Source of the DNA: Antedon mediterranea
Lineage: Eukaryota > Animalia > Echinodermata
Reading direction: 5' to 3'
Length of the DNA stretch: 64,000 nucleotides
NCBI RefSeq assembly: GCF_964355755.1
Contig: NC_092672.1
Span: forward strand, 868,001 to 932,000
Shown: piece by piece, positions 1 through 12,490 of the stretch
Layout of the letters: the number at the start of each line of letters is the position of its first letter
Numbering within the stretch: the stretch's first letter is position 1
Notes under the pieces: model-generated
The model's database searches: none
Told to the model about the DNA's origin: nothing
The model's input: the letters and a program-made list of their open reading frames with translations, nothing else
Program-made: the position numbers and the translations under genes

Positions 1-466
1 TATCAACATTTGATTTGGTATCAACATTTGATTTGGTATCAACATTTGATTTGGTATCAACATTTGATTTGGTATCAACATTTGATTTGGTATCAACATT
101 TGATTTGGTATCAACATTTGATTTGGTATCAACATTTGATTTGGTATCAACATTTGATTTGGTATCAACATTTGATTTGGTATCAACATTTGATTTGGTA
201 TCAACATTTGATTTGGTATCAACATTTGATTTGGTATCAACATTTGATTTGGTATCAACATTTGATTTGGTATCAACATTTGATTTGGTATCAACATTTG
301 ATTTGGTATCAACATTTGATTTGGTATCAACATTTGATTTGGTATCAACATTTGATTTGGTATCAACATTTGATTTGGTATCAACATTTGATTTGGTATC
401 AACATTTGATTTGGTATCAACATTTGATTTGGTATCAAAATTTGATTTGGTATCAACATTTGATTT
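1..466. repeat. 18-bp minisatellite (TATCAACATTTGATTTGG)n, about 26 copies, truncated by the window edge; lies in an intron of the left-edge gene
   Basis: Near-perfect tandem unit visible directly; ORFs 10..567 and 15..581 are translations of it. Confidence 0.97.
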
Positions 467-599
467 CGCCATGCAAACCTTCAAACAATATATTCTCATC
501 TTATATTGTTGTACATGTATTATGTGGCTTGTGTATAATAGAAAGGTTGATCTTAATTACTGTATAGAAGATAATAATTAATGGTTAACATTAACTTAC

Positions 600-869
600 C
601 TGTTATTGAGGACTCAAACGTATCGCTACTACTTAAAATTTGTGAAGTTGAAGATGCAATTAAACTACTATAAACAAAAAGATATTAAGAATATGTTAAT
701 TTAACAATAATTTTTGAAAACATACATTTGATGTTAACATTTCTTTATAAACCGATACTGGTATTTTATTTTTTAATTTATGGAATATTTAAATTTTCTA
801 TCTAAATCTAATATTTTGTACTCACCAAAGTAAGATTGGAATTAAGCCAACTATACCGATTGCTGCCAT
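600..869 (-). CDS. 5' exons (869-826, 667-600) of a secreted protein continuing off the window; probably a third heme peroxidase paralog
   Basis: ATG at 869, GT-AG junctions give MAAIGIVGLIPILLCSLIASSTSQILSSSDTFESSIT (hydrophobic signal peptide). Phase-2 intron inside the signal peptide followed by a phase-1 intron, as in both neighbouring peroxidases. TATATAAG at ~929-936. Peroxidase identity is inferred from context only. Confidence 0.6.
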
Positions 870-1822
870 ATTGTTTGCTTTCCGCTTTCTTACCGAGGAT
901 AATAAATAATTATTTTTAATAAATTCGGCTTATATACTATCCACACCACACCTCTTTTAACTCGAGATGAATAACTTACGACGGATGCTAAGTGATCAAT
1001 GATACTTATGGTTGAGATAAGTACAAGTACTCAATATAATCCTCTTAATCTACTAGAAATCTCAAAAACACAAACGAAGGTGAAATAGATGAATGACATT
1101 ATCATCATAAAAGTGAAGAGAATAGGAGAAATGGTTTGAAAAATGGTTGGAGAAAAGGGGTGGAGAAAAGGGGTGGAGAAAAGAGTTGGAGGAAAGAGGG
1201 AGAACACAATGATAAGATTGGGGGAAGCTAACAGTCATTTGAAAGAAACTTTTTTGCACTTTTACATTAAACATAAGTAGCTAGTAACTTTTGGGCGAAA
1301 TAAGACAATGCATTCTAATGTGTATGGTATTGTATAATTTATTCAAAATAAGATATCACGTGAACAGGACGTAATAAATATTTCAAAATATTCCCGAAAT
1401 TATCACACAATTTGAATTCCGGAAATGTTACCTCAAGTGTGAATTTTAATCTTTATTATTAACAGACAGTTAATTGACTACTAATAACAGGTATTAATTA
1501 TACATAATTCTCAAGTAGGGACTACTGGAGAATACTTCTCAGATCACATAAGTCGTAAGTTTCTTACTTAGAAACCACATAGATACATTATAAGTTATAT
1601 CTTATAAGCCGTCAAACATCTAGTACGGCGCGTTTTTGTAAGATCAACATTACGCGCGTATAATTATAATTAACATACGTTATATCATTAAAAATCATTA
1701 ATATATAGAAACCTATAAAATCAATCAATAAATGTTATTTAAATTCTTAAACAAATAATATTAAATATCTTGACCCAACAATGATGCTTTTGCAAATGGT
1801 AAAAGTATGATTCTTATTTTAA

Positions 1823-1917
1823 AGCTCCGTCTACACTATCAGACTTTATGTGACAAAAAAATGTGACGTGCCCAAATATACAGTTTGTCAAACTAGTTTG
1901 ATAGTGTAGACAGATCT
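1823..1917. mobile_element. MITE family 2 (TIR AGCTCTGTCTACACTATCAAA), PIF/Harbinger-like
   Basis: Inverted termini agctccgtctacactatc...gatagtgtagacagatct with TAA/TTA flanks; related copies at 9671, 16555, 17747, 59935. Confidence 0.8.
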
Positions 1918-2196
1918 TTAGAATCGAACATTCAATAATCCACCATCGAAAATGTTTGGAAATTTAACAACCGAATATAATAGTTTGTCACGATTTTCAT
2001 CTGAAATAAGAATCTTATTCCACGAGTCAATTTAACTCATAGTTCTATTAATGTATTATTTCTGACCGCCTCTCTGAAGGTCAACAGCTTTGTAATCGAG
2101 TTCAACCAAAGGTTCTAGAAAACAAAAATTGAGGAAAATAAATTATTAATGTACCAAGTGTATTTCTAGTTATTTTTTAAAGTTTGATAACAATTA

Positions 2197-2340
2197 AGCT
2201 CAGTTCCCACTAGGGGACGCAACGCAATGACGTAGACGCAACAAGCGAGTTGACCAATGACAAACGCAGTTCGAATAATTCATCGCTTGTGATTGGTCAA
2301 ATCCTTTACGTTGCGTTGCGTCTCTAGTGGAAACCAAGCA
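2197..2340. mobile_element. MITE family 1 (TIR AGCTTGGTTCCCACTAG), degenerate copy
   Basis: Palindromic element matching the copies at 7593, 14247, 17307, 19175. Confidence 0.8.
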
Positions 2341-2690
2341 TTTGTGCGAGCTTAGGCCTACCGATTTTCAATGGCAATCGGAAGTATCGTGTGTTAAAGT
2401 ATTTTCAGTATAGACTGTACTTAAAAATAAGTAAGTAACTTTTGTGTGTAAGAAAATCATTTAAAAGAATTATTGATTACCTTCGTACTCAATCCAATGT
2501 TGTAGTCTAATGGTAGGAATAGTAGCGTAGTCTCCACACGACACACGTTTATTTTCACCATGAGTGACGTACCCCGTGCTTTCACTGCAACATAATGACG
2601 TCATTACAATTATTTTTTTTTTTAAGCAAATCAAATGCTTATCTTACAGCACGTTTTATATTTTTTATATGTTTTATGTTGTGTTTTCAA

Positions 2691-5040
2691 AGTACGGAAA
2701 TAGCAGTGGAGTTTACTCATCTACGCACAATGTGCATCAAAGTAAGGCAATAGCAGTGGAGTTTACTCATCTACGCACAATGTGCATCAAAGTACGGAAA
2801 TAGCAGTGGAGTTTACTCATCTACGCACAATGTGCATCAAAGTAAGGAAATAGCAGTGGAGTTTACTCATCTACGCACAATGTTCATCGAAGTACGGAAA
2901 TAGTAGTGGAGTTTACTCATCTACGCACAATGTGCATCAAAGTAAGGCAATAGCAGTGGAGTTTACTCATCTACGCACAATGTGCATCAAAGTAAAGAAA
3001 TAGCAGTGGAGTTTACTCATCTACGCACAATGTGCATCAAAGTAAGGCAATAGCAGTGGAGTTTACTCATCTACGCACAATGTGCATCAAAGTAAGGCAA
3101 TAGCAGTGGAGTTTACTCATCTACGTACAATGTGCATCAAAGTAAGGCAATAGCAGTGGAGTTTACTCATCTACGCACAATGTTCATCGAAGTACGGAAA
3201 TAGTAGTGGAGTTTACTCATCTACGCACAATGTGCATCAAAGTAAGGAAATAGCAGTGGAGTTTACTCATCTACGCACAATGTGCATCAAAGTACGGAAA
3301 TAGCAGTGGAGTTTACTCATCTACGCACAATGTGCATCAAAGTAAGGCAATAGCAGTGGAGTTTACTCATCTACGCACAATGTGCATCAAAGTAAGGAAA
3401 TAGCAGTGGAGTTTACTCATCTACGTACAATGTGCATCAAAGTAAGGCAATAGCAGTGGAGTTTACTCATCTACGCACAATGTGCATCAAAGTAAGGCAA
3501 TAGCAGTGGAGTTTACTCATCTACGTACAATGTTCATCGAAGTAAGGAAATAGCAGTGGAGTTTACTCATCTACGCACAATGTTCATCGAAGTAAGGCAA
3601 TAGCAGTGGAGTTTACTCATCTACGCACAATGTGCATCAAAGTAAAACAATAGCAGTGGAGTTTACTCATCTACGTACAATGTGCATCAAAGTAAGGAAA
3701 TAGCAGTGGAGTTTACTCATCTACGCACAATGTGCATCAAAGTAAGGAAATAGCAGTGGAGTTTACTCATCTACGCACAATGTGCATCAAAGTAAGGAAA
3801 TAGCAGTGGAGTTTACTCATCTACGCACAATGTGCATCAAAGTAAGGAAATAGCAGTGGAGTTTACTCATCTACGTACAATGTGCATCAAAGTAAGGAAA
3901 TAGCAGTGGAGTTTACTCATCTACGCACAATGTGCATCAAAGTAAGGAAATAGCAGTGGAGTTTACTCATCTACGCACAATGTGCATCAAAGTAAAACAA
4001 TAGCAGTGGAGTTTACTCATCTACGCACAATGTGCATCAAAGTAAGGAAATAGCAGTGGAGTTTACTCATCTACGCACAATGTGCATCAAAGTAAGGCAA
4101 TAGCAGTGGAGTTTACTCATCTACGCACAATGTTCATCGAAGTACGGAAATAGTAGTGGAGTTTACTCATCTACGCACAATGTGCATCAAAGTAAGGAAA
4201 TAGCAGTGGAGTTTACTCATCTACGCACAATGTGCATCAAAGTAAAACAATAGCAGTGGAGTTTACTCATCTACGTACAATGTGCATCAAAGTAAGGAAA
4301 TAGCAGTGGAGTTTACTCATCTACGCACAATGTGCATCAAAGTAAGGAAATAGCAGTGGAGTTTACTCATCTACGCACAATGTGCATCAAAGTAAGGCAA
4401 TAGCAGTGGAGTTTACTCATCTACGCACAATGTTCATCGAAGTACGGAAATAGTAGTGGAGTTTACTCATCTACGCACAATGTGCATCAAAGTAAGGCAA
4501 TAGCAGTGGAGTTTACTCATCTACGCACAATGTGCATCAAAGTAAGGAAATAGCAGTGGAGTTTACTCATCTACGCACAATGTGCATCAAAGTAAGGCAA
4601 TGGCAGTGGAGTTTACTCATCTACGCACAATGTGCATCAAAGTAAGGCAATAGCAGTGGAGTTTACTCATCTACGCACAATGTGCATCGAAGTAAGAAAA
4701 TAGCAGTGGAGTTTACTCATCTACGTACAATGTGCATCAAAGTAAGGCAATAGCAGTGGAGTTTACTCATCTACGCACAATGTTCATCAAAGTAAGGAAA
4801 TAGCAGTGGAGTTTACTCATCTACGCACAATGTGCATCAAAGTAAGGCAATAGCAGTGGAGTTTACTCATCTACGCACAATGTGCATCAAAGTAAGGCAA
4901 TAGCAGTGGAGTTTACTCATCTACGCACAATGTGCATCAAAGTAAGGAAATAGCAGTGGAGTTTACTCATCTACGCACAATGTGCATCAAAGTAAGGAAA
5001 TAGCAGTGGAGTTTACTCATCTACGCACAATGTCCATCAA
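2691..5040. repeat. 50-bp minisatellite, 47 copies (AGTAAGGAAATAGCAGTGGAGTTTACTCATCTACGCACAATGTGCATCAA)
   Basis: Head-to-tail units with no unique spacers and only point variants. Confidence 0.98.
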
Positions 5041-5247
5041 GAGGAGGATGATGGCTTCTGAATCATATCGGTTACCAGCGCCACGCCACGTAATATAGAT
5101 AGTCATACTTGCCATAACTGATCAGCTGCATACAATATTTAGATTACTAATTTTTAGATAACGATATAATTACCGAATATCTCAATAATTATCACGAGAA
5201 CGCCAGAGCACAAAAGGACATTAAACAACATTTTCTGTTTGTTTTTT

Positions 5248-8200
5248 TTAAAGATTCCACATTGGCCAAGCCTTCACGGGATTACCATAAAAAAACAAAA
5301 TCCTTGAGATTAGTATGGTTTATATTTAATAAATTAAATGTATAGCTATTATATCAGTTACCAGATCTGGTTAAACTTACGTAGATGTTTTGTCTTCATC
5401 GGCCACTTCAAACGCTCGAGGTTGGACGCTTTCTATTTCATTCAAATTTTCACATAAAACACGTGCCATTGTCATTTTTCTAATCTCATTTAATTGTTCT
5501 GTATACATAAAAATAATAAAACACAAATGTTTTGGATATTGATTTTCACTGATAAAATTCGTAATTTATTCTTTGGCCGTCATATGGTTTATATTGCTTT
5601 TTAGGCACACATTATTTATTCTTCTGGACACGTACGTAATCACAAGTTGACGTAATCAGGAATGTTTGATTTATAGCGGGTTTTTTTTCAAGTTATTTAT
5701 TTACAACTGAGAAGAGAAGAAGGCCGGAATAAACAAACGCACACAAGAATAACAAAATTTAATAAATGAGACATTATTTTAAAAATATGTGAAAGATGAA
5801 CAGAACAGATTATAGAAAGAAAACGTTTGAAGAAGAAATTTAAAACTGGTAGGCTTAACTGATAGAAGGTTCTTAAACTGGTAGGCTTAACTGATAGAAG
5901 GTTCTTAAATATATTTTATAAAAAAAAGACAAAACTCTTCTTTAACTGTAGCTTACCGATAGTAAAAGCTTGTTTTCCATTTCCATTTTCGTGCCAAAAA
6001 CGATCCCCAAACTTGAAGTTTCTAAATTGTTTGGCAATTATGCAACCGAGGGTCTTGCCAACAAGTGCACCGTGTACGGCTGTCTCGGATATAAAACCAA
6101 TAAATGCATCAATGTCATCAACTGACCTGAAAAAAAAAGTAATATTGTTACTTGTCAGCAGCAACACACTACTAATACAATATTTTATAGTTTAGTTAAA
6201 TTGGTTACTTACTCGTAAACCTTCTGTAAATTCCTGATGTTAGACGCGCTCATTTCACTTCTCAGATCGTCGAAGTTTTTGGCTTTGGGAAGTTCACAAA
6301 AATAGCGCCATTCATTATAGGCTGGCAGTCCATGATCACGCCCTCTTTGTATATTTAGAGCCACGAGATCTAAACCAATTCTGAAATGTTGATATAGCTT
6401 ATTAGACCTCTTAATATACACCAATAGAAGCAATTTTAATAAATAATAACATTTCAACAATTATTTTAAAATTCCAACAAGACCCATTGTGGTTGAAAAC
6501 TTACCCTCCAGCTGGAACTGCAAATAAATGCTTGGTGACGTCATCATCGATATTTGTGTCCACCTTTGAGAGAGAGTCTGACAACATGCCCAGTACAATA
6601 GAGTCCAAGCCTCCGTTTTCATGATCAAACAAAAAGCTTGCATTAAAGAACGCCTCTCTTAGGGTAACTCGGGGGTAAACCTCTTCAAACTTGTGGTTAA
6701 CACGTTTTAGATCTGAAGGTATCAGACTATGACCAAATCTGAAGGCAGCATGAGAGAAAACATTAACAGCTGATGGGTCTACTTTTGCACTGTAACCAAG
6801 GAAAAACCCATCATTTAATACTGTCAAGTCGTATTTTAACATTGCTTCTCGTCCAATTATAATTGGTAAAAATTCGTTATATATTATTCTTTGCCAAATA
6901 GCATAGTTGATTTTTCTTGCTTCTTCAAATACCACGTCACCCTTCCATTGAGGATTGATGTCATAAAGTATTTTAGCAAAAGCGTTATGTTGGCGCATGA
7001 ATATGGTGTGCATAGCAACCAAGCCTGGTTGTTCAGATGTTCGTAAATCGCCCCCTTTTACACATCTCTCGTCTTCTGATATTCCTACGCATTGTTCCAA
7101 TTCTTCATCGACTGGAAGGTACGGTTTGTATGGCTCTCCAAGAGGATTTTCTTGCACTTTTAAATAGGCTTTATCATCTGAAATTATAGGAAACGGTTTG
7201 TAAAATTCACCCCATGATATAAGAAAAGTCCAATATTAGAAAATAAATTATACAATTATTGCAAATTCAATTTTGTGTCGGAAATTCATCTATGTAGTAT
7301 AGTTATAGTTGATTAGAAAAATACCTTGGTTACGAAGAGCAGCGGATACGTTATCGTGCGAGCCGTAAACAGAAGATAAGTCTAAAAAGGATGTAATCTG
7401 ATTGAGTTGCTGACGGGGTCCAGGTTTGCAATCAAGTCCAGGAACTGGCGACGAACGGAGAAATTCAATACAAGATGAAGAATTGAAAAACGGATCATTA
7501 TCAGGAATCTTGATTGGTAAGCATCTGTCGTTGGTCGTGCAGTGACACTCCTCGTCTGTGGAAATCAAGAATCGAGTTATTAAAAACAGTTATGCTTGGT
7601 TCCCACTTGAAAGCAACGCAAGTAATTTGACCAACCACGACGTCGCTTGTGATTGAGCAACTCACTTGCTCACAGCGTTGTGTTGCGTCCAAAAATGGTA
7701 ACCAACTTTCTGCGCCTATAACTACACGCGGACCATTCACGTAAAGTATACTTAAAACTACAAATTGGCAAGATTTAAAAAAGAAATGATCTTTCTTACC
7801 TCCTACTTCTTCTGGTGAATGTCCAATATCATGGTCAAGATACTGCCCTGTATGCATCACCAATGTGTTAAACTGTTTTGCTAAGTTTACAACCTCATGG
7901 ACAACAGTGGATGAAACAAGACGAGGACTTGGAAGGAATCTTGGTGATGGCGCTTCACGAGGATCATTAACACCTATAAAAAAGAATTTGTTTAAATGTA
8001 CTCAAAATACAAAGATCTACAGCATAAAGGACAATTTACACAGACTAACAGTAATAAAAATATAGAATCTATGTTATCCTTTATGACCATTTAAACCGCT
8101 GAGCGGAGGGGCGGCTTCCGTTCAAGGTAGAACGGGATAAGATGGGACAAGCTACGCGGGTTTCCGCTCACCCTTGTCGCTCACCCTTGTCGCTCACCCT

Positions 8201-10618
8201 TGTCGCTCACCCTTGTCGCTCACCCTTGTCGCTCACCCTTGTCGCTCACCCTTGTCGCTCACCCTTGTCGCTCACCCTTGTCGCTCACCCTTGTCGCTCA
8301 CCCTTGTCGCTCACCCTTGTCGCTCACCCTTGTCGCTCACCCTTGTCGCTCACCCTTGTCGCTCACCCTTGTCGCTCACCCTTGTCGCTCACCCTTGTCG
8401 CTCACCCTTGTCGCTCACCCTTGTCGCTCACCCTTGTCGCTCACCCTTGTCGCTCACCCTTGTCGCTCACCCTTGTCGCTCACCCTTGTCGCTCACCCTT
8501 GTCGCTCACCCTTGTCGCTCACCCTTGTCGCTCACCCTTGTCGCTCACCCTTGTCGCTCACCCTTGTCGCTCACCCTTGTCGCTCACCCTTGTCGCTCAC
8601 CCTTGTCGCTCACCCTTGTCGCTCACCCTTGTCGCTCACCCTTGTCGCTCACCCTTGTCGCTCACCCTTGTCGCTCACCCTTGTCGCTCACCCTTGTCGC
8701 TCACCCTTGTCGCTCACCCTCGTCTGGGTATATTTGCTTTATTGATGATATATCTCCTATTTTGTGGCAGAGTAGATTTTTTTTTCAAATAATAATGATA
8801 TCGCAAGGGGTTTGTTGCTTTCATTTTGAAAGGAAAGTTAACGAACGATCTAGTAAATAAATGAAAGACAGTCTGTTGCCTTGATAAATGCTAATGATTG
8901 TCTTACCGTCTGCATAATCTGGTGCCAAAAACCGTGGCATTGGTGTAAGTGCCGCACCCCAATGCACATTATCTAGGTTATTACACGTTCCATTGATTGT
9001 TCTATATTTTTTTAATTTGCTGCAGTTTGTCTGATAGAACCCAAATCCTATCTCTTCACATAACGCTTCCAATGTTGGGGTGTATTGCGAAACAAGATTC
9101 CTGTTAAAATAATTATAGCATTTTTTGAAATTATTGTATTATAACATAAGCCTACTTTAAAAAATGCAAACAAATAGATGGACAGTTATTGTGCTCTAGT
9201 GGCTGAAAATAAAGTAAAAGGACCACCAAGACAACCAAATGAAAACTGGATAAACGAAATAAAAATAGATTTAAAATGAAAAAATAGTAGACTTTAGCAC
9301 AGTAACAAACCATCCTGGCCAAAACAGAAAAATATGGAAACAAATTGTGGAAAGCATGTCAGAATTACGGAAACAGAAAGGAGAGAGATAGAGAGAGTGA
9401 GAGAGCGACTACATGACATGACTACATGTAACGTAAATCTAGCTGTAAATAATGTAACAAACCTCCTTTCAATTTCAACATGCCTTTCCATCAGTACGGC
9501 TATTCTTGCTAATGCCCCGACGTCACCGGATGACGTTTTACTAAATAAATGTTTAAGTGACTGAGTCGATCGTTCAGTTTTTCTATAACTTGTATCTGAA
9601 ACTGAATGAAAGAAAAGAATTATAAATAAAAACAGTGAACTGGTATTGTTTTTTTCTTTGGGATACATGAAGCTGTGTCTACACTATCAAACTAGTTTGA
9701 CAAAAAAGTGTGATGTGTCCAAATATGGTAGTAATTATCACATCACATCACATATTTTGTCACACAAAGTCTAATAGTGTAGAAAGAGCGTTAAGACTAC
9801 AAACATAATAGCGCTATTTGAGTTCTGTTTATTCAGTGAGTTCTGATGTTTACATATCTCTTTATTGTCAAAATGTAAAATAATATTATATAATAATAAT
9901 TACATAATTTGACAAAAAGACCAAATAAAAAGGCTTTCGCTTGTCTGGATTTGGCCTTTAAATGAAATATAAATTAACTATTTAACACACGCTAGATAGT
10001 TATTAAATGAAAATAGCATATTTATAAATAAATACAAATAATAATAATAGTACGTATTGTGTGGTTGGGAGCGCTTTCCACTGTTTAATATATTTTTCAG
10101 TTCTTACCTTCTGGGTAGAGCCATGTGTGTACATTGGCCAAAGCGTCCTCTGTCTCTTCATATAAAGCCCTCTTAAACTGCTCATCTTCTACTGCAACTT
10201 CATCTGATAATGTGATTGTAACGCCTAACAAACTAAAAATAAATCGCACTTTATTAGTAATTTTAATAAAGAGAGAATTATCATAAAAGTCAAATAATTT
10301 ACAAAAACTATAGTACCAAAGTCAAACAACTTATTGAATACGACATGCCTTCCTGTTTTAAAGAGTCTGATGAGGACACAATTTTACAAGCCGGCGCATA
10401 TTAGTATTATAGGAACCACCGAAACATTAGTTAAATTTGGTAAATGTTGGTTTTACCACTAAATATGTGCCACATAGACAACTTAGGCTTAGGCTGACAT
10501 ACAAGTAGGCTGGCCTAACCGTGTCTATGCTTGTTAATATAAACGCAATGCAACTGAGCCTAAGAATAATCACATAACACACTAACCTTAAAAGAACATA
10601 CACGAATATGTACTGCAT
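5248..10618 (-). CDS. Secreted animal heme peroxidase 1 (peroxidase-cyclooxygenase superfamily, single catalytic domain). Exons 10618-10587, 10232-10108, 9601-9463, 9100-8907, 7973-7800, 7555-7325, 7177-6505, 6380-6213, 6126-5957, 5498-5381, probable degraded last exon 5284-5248
   Basis: Signal peptide MQYIFVYVLLSLLGVTITLS; YRTINGTCNN; distal GQYLDHD; Ca-site ITSFLDLS; GDLRTSEQPGL; proximal AAFRFGHS; NIQRGRDHG; GDRFWHE. Exons 1-10 are joined by in-phase GT-AG junctions; the last acceptor is non-canonical. Confidence 0.9.
7593..7707. mobile_element. MITE family 1, degenerate intronic copy
   Basis: gcttggttcccact...cgcttgtgatt...gttgcgtcc...accaact matches the family consensus. Confidence 0.7.
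8165..8722. repeat. 13-bp minisatellite (CGCTCACCCTTGT)n, about 43 copies, in peroxidase 1 intron 4
   Basis: Perfect tandem array; explains ORFs 8142, 8174 and 8200. Confidence 0.98.
9671..9790. mobile_element. MITE family 2 copy (intronic)
   Basis: agctgtgtctacactatcaaact...atagtgtagaaagagcg. Confidence 0.75.
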
Positions 10619-11438
10619 TTTGCAACCGTACTTGCAAAACAGTAACTTACCGAGTTGATACTTAAAAAGATTTGCTTCAAATGCCCCAAAACTGCAACCT
10701 AGCTTCTTTATAATCGTGTCCTAGGTACTTGAGAGAGCCCAATCCCCGTATGGCATTCCTAGTGAAGTACGCACTCCATAAGGGATATAAAGGGCCGTAC
10801 GTTCTATGTTAATTGGGAATTAGCATGGCATGTTTTGATATACCGTTGCCTATTTACTATACTCTTTAAACCAACATAAGATACTGTGCTAAGTGCTAAG
10901 ATGTCCATAATGCTTATTAATATGTTTGTATACTGTTAATTATTTTTAATCAAATCACTGATATATTATAGCAATCAATCAATTTAATTTATTTCACATG
11001 AAAACCCATACAGTTGATATGTAACAAAAGTTTGTGATTGAAAAAACAAGCACGAATGTGCAATACTCGGGGTACAGCGAAAGAAGCTGTAATGACGTCA
11101 TAAGACCGGAGGTAACGTCACATACACATACGGCTATACGGTACCATCTTCGAGACGTGATATGGCGGCATCCAGTTTGAAATTAAAAAATCCGGCTCTA
11201 TAGCTTTGAGGACATGTCCCTGTAGTATATTCATGCTAAATCCGAGCTCAATACTACAACGAATAAGGGAGGAGTAGTACTTTATAAATCGCACTTTTTG
11301 CTCAATAGTGTCTGGATGGTAGAAGAAGAGGAAAAGATGAGAGAGTCCTAGACTCAGGTACCCCGAGTAATACAACGAGATATACTCTATATCATATTAC
11401 GTATACAGTATATTTCACCATAAAGTTAAAGAAAAATA

Positions 11439-11519
11439 GGTTTCGCCAGGGCTCGAACAACCGGGACCTTCTGCGTGTTGTTAAGCAGACTTGACAACCA
11501 CTACACTAAAACCGAAACC
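11439..11519 (-). pseudogene. tRNA-Val(AAC)-derived pseudogene
   Basis: Minus strand reads GGTTTCGGTTTTAGTGTAGTGGTTGTCAAGTCTGCTTAACAACACGCAGAAGGTCCCGGTTGTTCGAGCCCTGGCGAAACC, followed by a T-run. It has the Val D-arm (TAGTGTAGTGGTT), anticodon stem TCTGC/GCAGA and B box, but short duplications in the acceptor, anticodon and T arms. Confidence 0.8.
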
Positions 11520-12188
11520 TCTTGCACTAAAAATGTGGGTTACACAAAGTTTTTTAATCCATTTACATTACAGAATAAATATGGTAATAAGCACAAAGCA
11601 AAAGAAACATGTGTAAAAGTGATAATTACCGATTACACAAAATAGTTATTTAAAAAAATTAAAAGTAAATAAAAAGCAGCAACACAATAACTATAACAAT
11701 ACAAATTAAATTGTTTTATTCGAATATTTAAAACAGTGAGCCAAGATTAGATCGACAAAATCAATACATTTTTACTGTACAACAAGATAAATAATGTAGG
11801 CCTGTGCATTTTAAATCAGAACACTACTGTATATAGATAGCAGGGCACTCTTCTATTGTTAATTAAATAAGTTAAATCAACTGAGATTCGACAAAATCAA
11901 TAAAATTAATATAATTCATAATAAACAATAGGATAGGCACGTGCACTATTACATATCAATTGTCGTATTCGAGTGTACCGTTGAGTAGTTTTTCCGTTGA
12001 GTACTTCTTTAACGGAGTATTTTGAGCGTTGAGATTATTGTTCTTAACGAAAAAGCTTTCGTTGTGTCAACGTTTTCTATTCGAATGACTTTCTGTTGAG
12101 CACAAATTTACAATTCGAATACAAAAAGTACTCAACGAATCTTTACGTTGACAACGGAAGTTCCCAATCGAATACGACAAATGCACCT

Positions 12189-12468
12189 TTAAATAGCAGA
12201 GTACTATAAATAGTAGAGTACTATAAATAATAGAGTACTATAAATAGCAGAGTACTATACATAGTAGAGTACTATAAATAACAGAGTACTATAAATAGTA
12301 GAGTACTATAAATAGTAGAGTACTATAAATAGTAGAGTACTATAAATAGCAGAGTACTATAAATAGTAGAGTACTATAAATAGCAGAGTACTATAAATAG
12401 TAGAGTAGGCCTACTATAAATAACAGAGTACTATAAATAGTAGAGTACTATAAATAGTAGAGTACTAT
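12189..12468. repeat. 17-bp minisatellite (ATAAATAGTAGAGTACT)n, about 16 copies, just 3' of the peroxidase 2 stop
   Basis: Tandem units visible directly. Confidence 0.95.
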
Positions 12469-12490
12469 ATTAAAAAATAAGTTAAAATGG

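Noticed and set aside
10-581. Repetitive ORFs (IWYQHL / VSTFDL)
   Set aside because: Translations of a stop-free 18-bp minisatellite lying antisense within an intron
2691-5040. Possible CRISPR array
   Set aside because: Units are contiguous with no unique spacers, there are no cas genes and the context is eukaryotic
5021-5146. In-frame TGA after NLNIVCS read as selenocysteine or readthrough in peroxidase 1
   Set aside because: Downstream residues do not align with the peroxidase C-terminus, no SECIS was recognisable and the acceptor is weak
8142-8860. Three overlapping LSLTLVAHPCRSP ORFs
   Set aside because: Artefact of a 13-bp stop-free repeat inside a peroxidase intron on the opposite strand
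10365-10400. CTGATGA as a hammerhead or snoRNA core
   Set aside because: No stem II followed by GAAA and no pairing flanks
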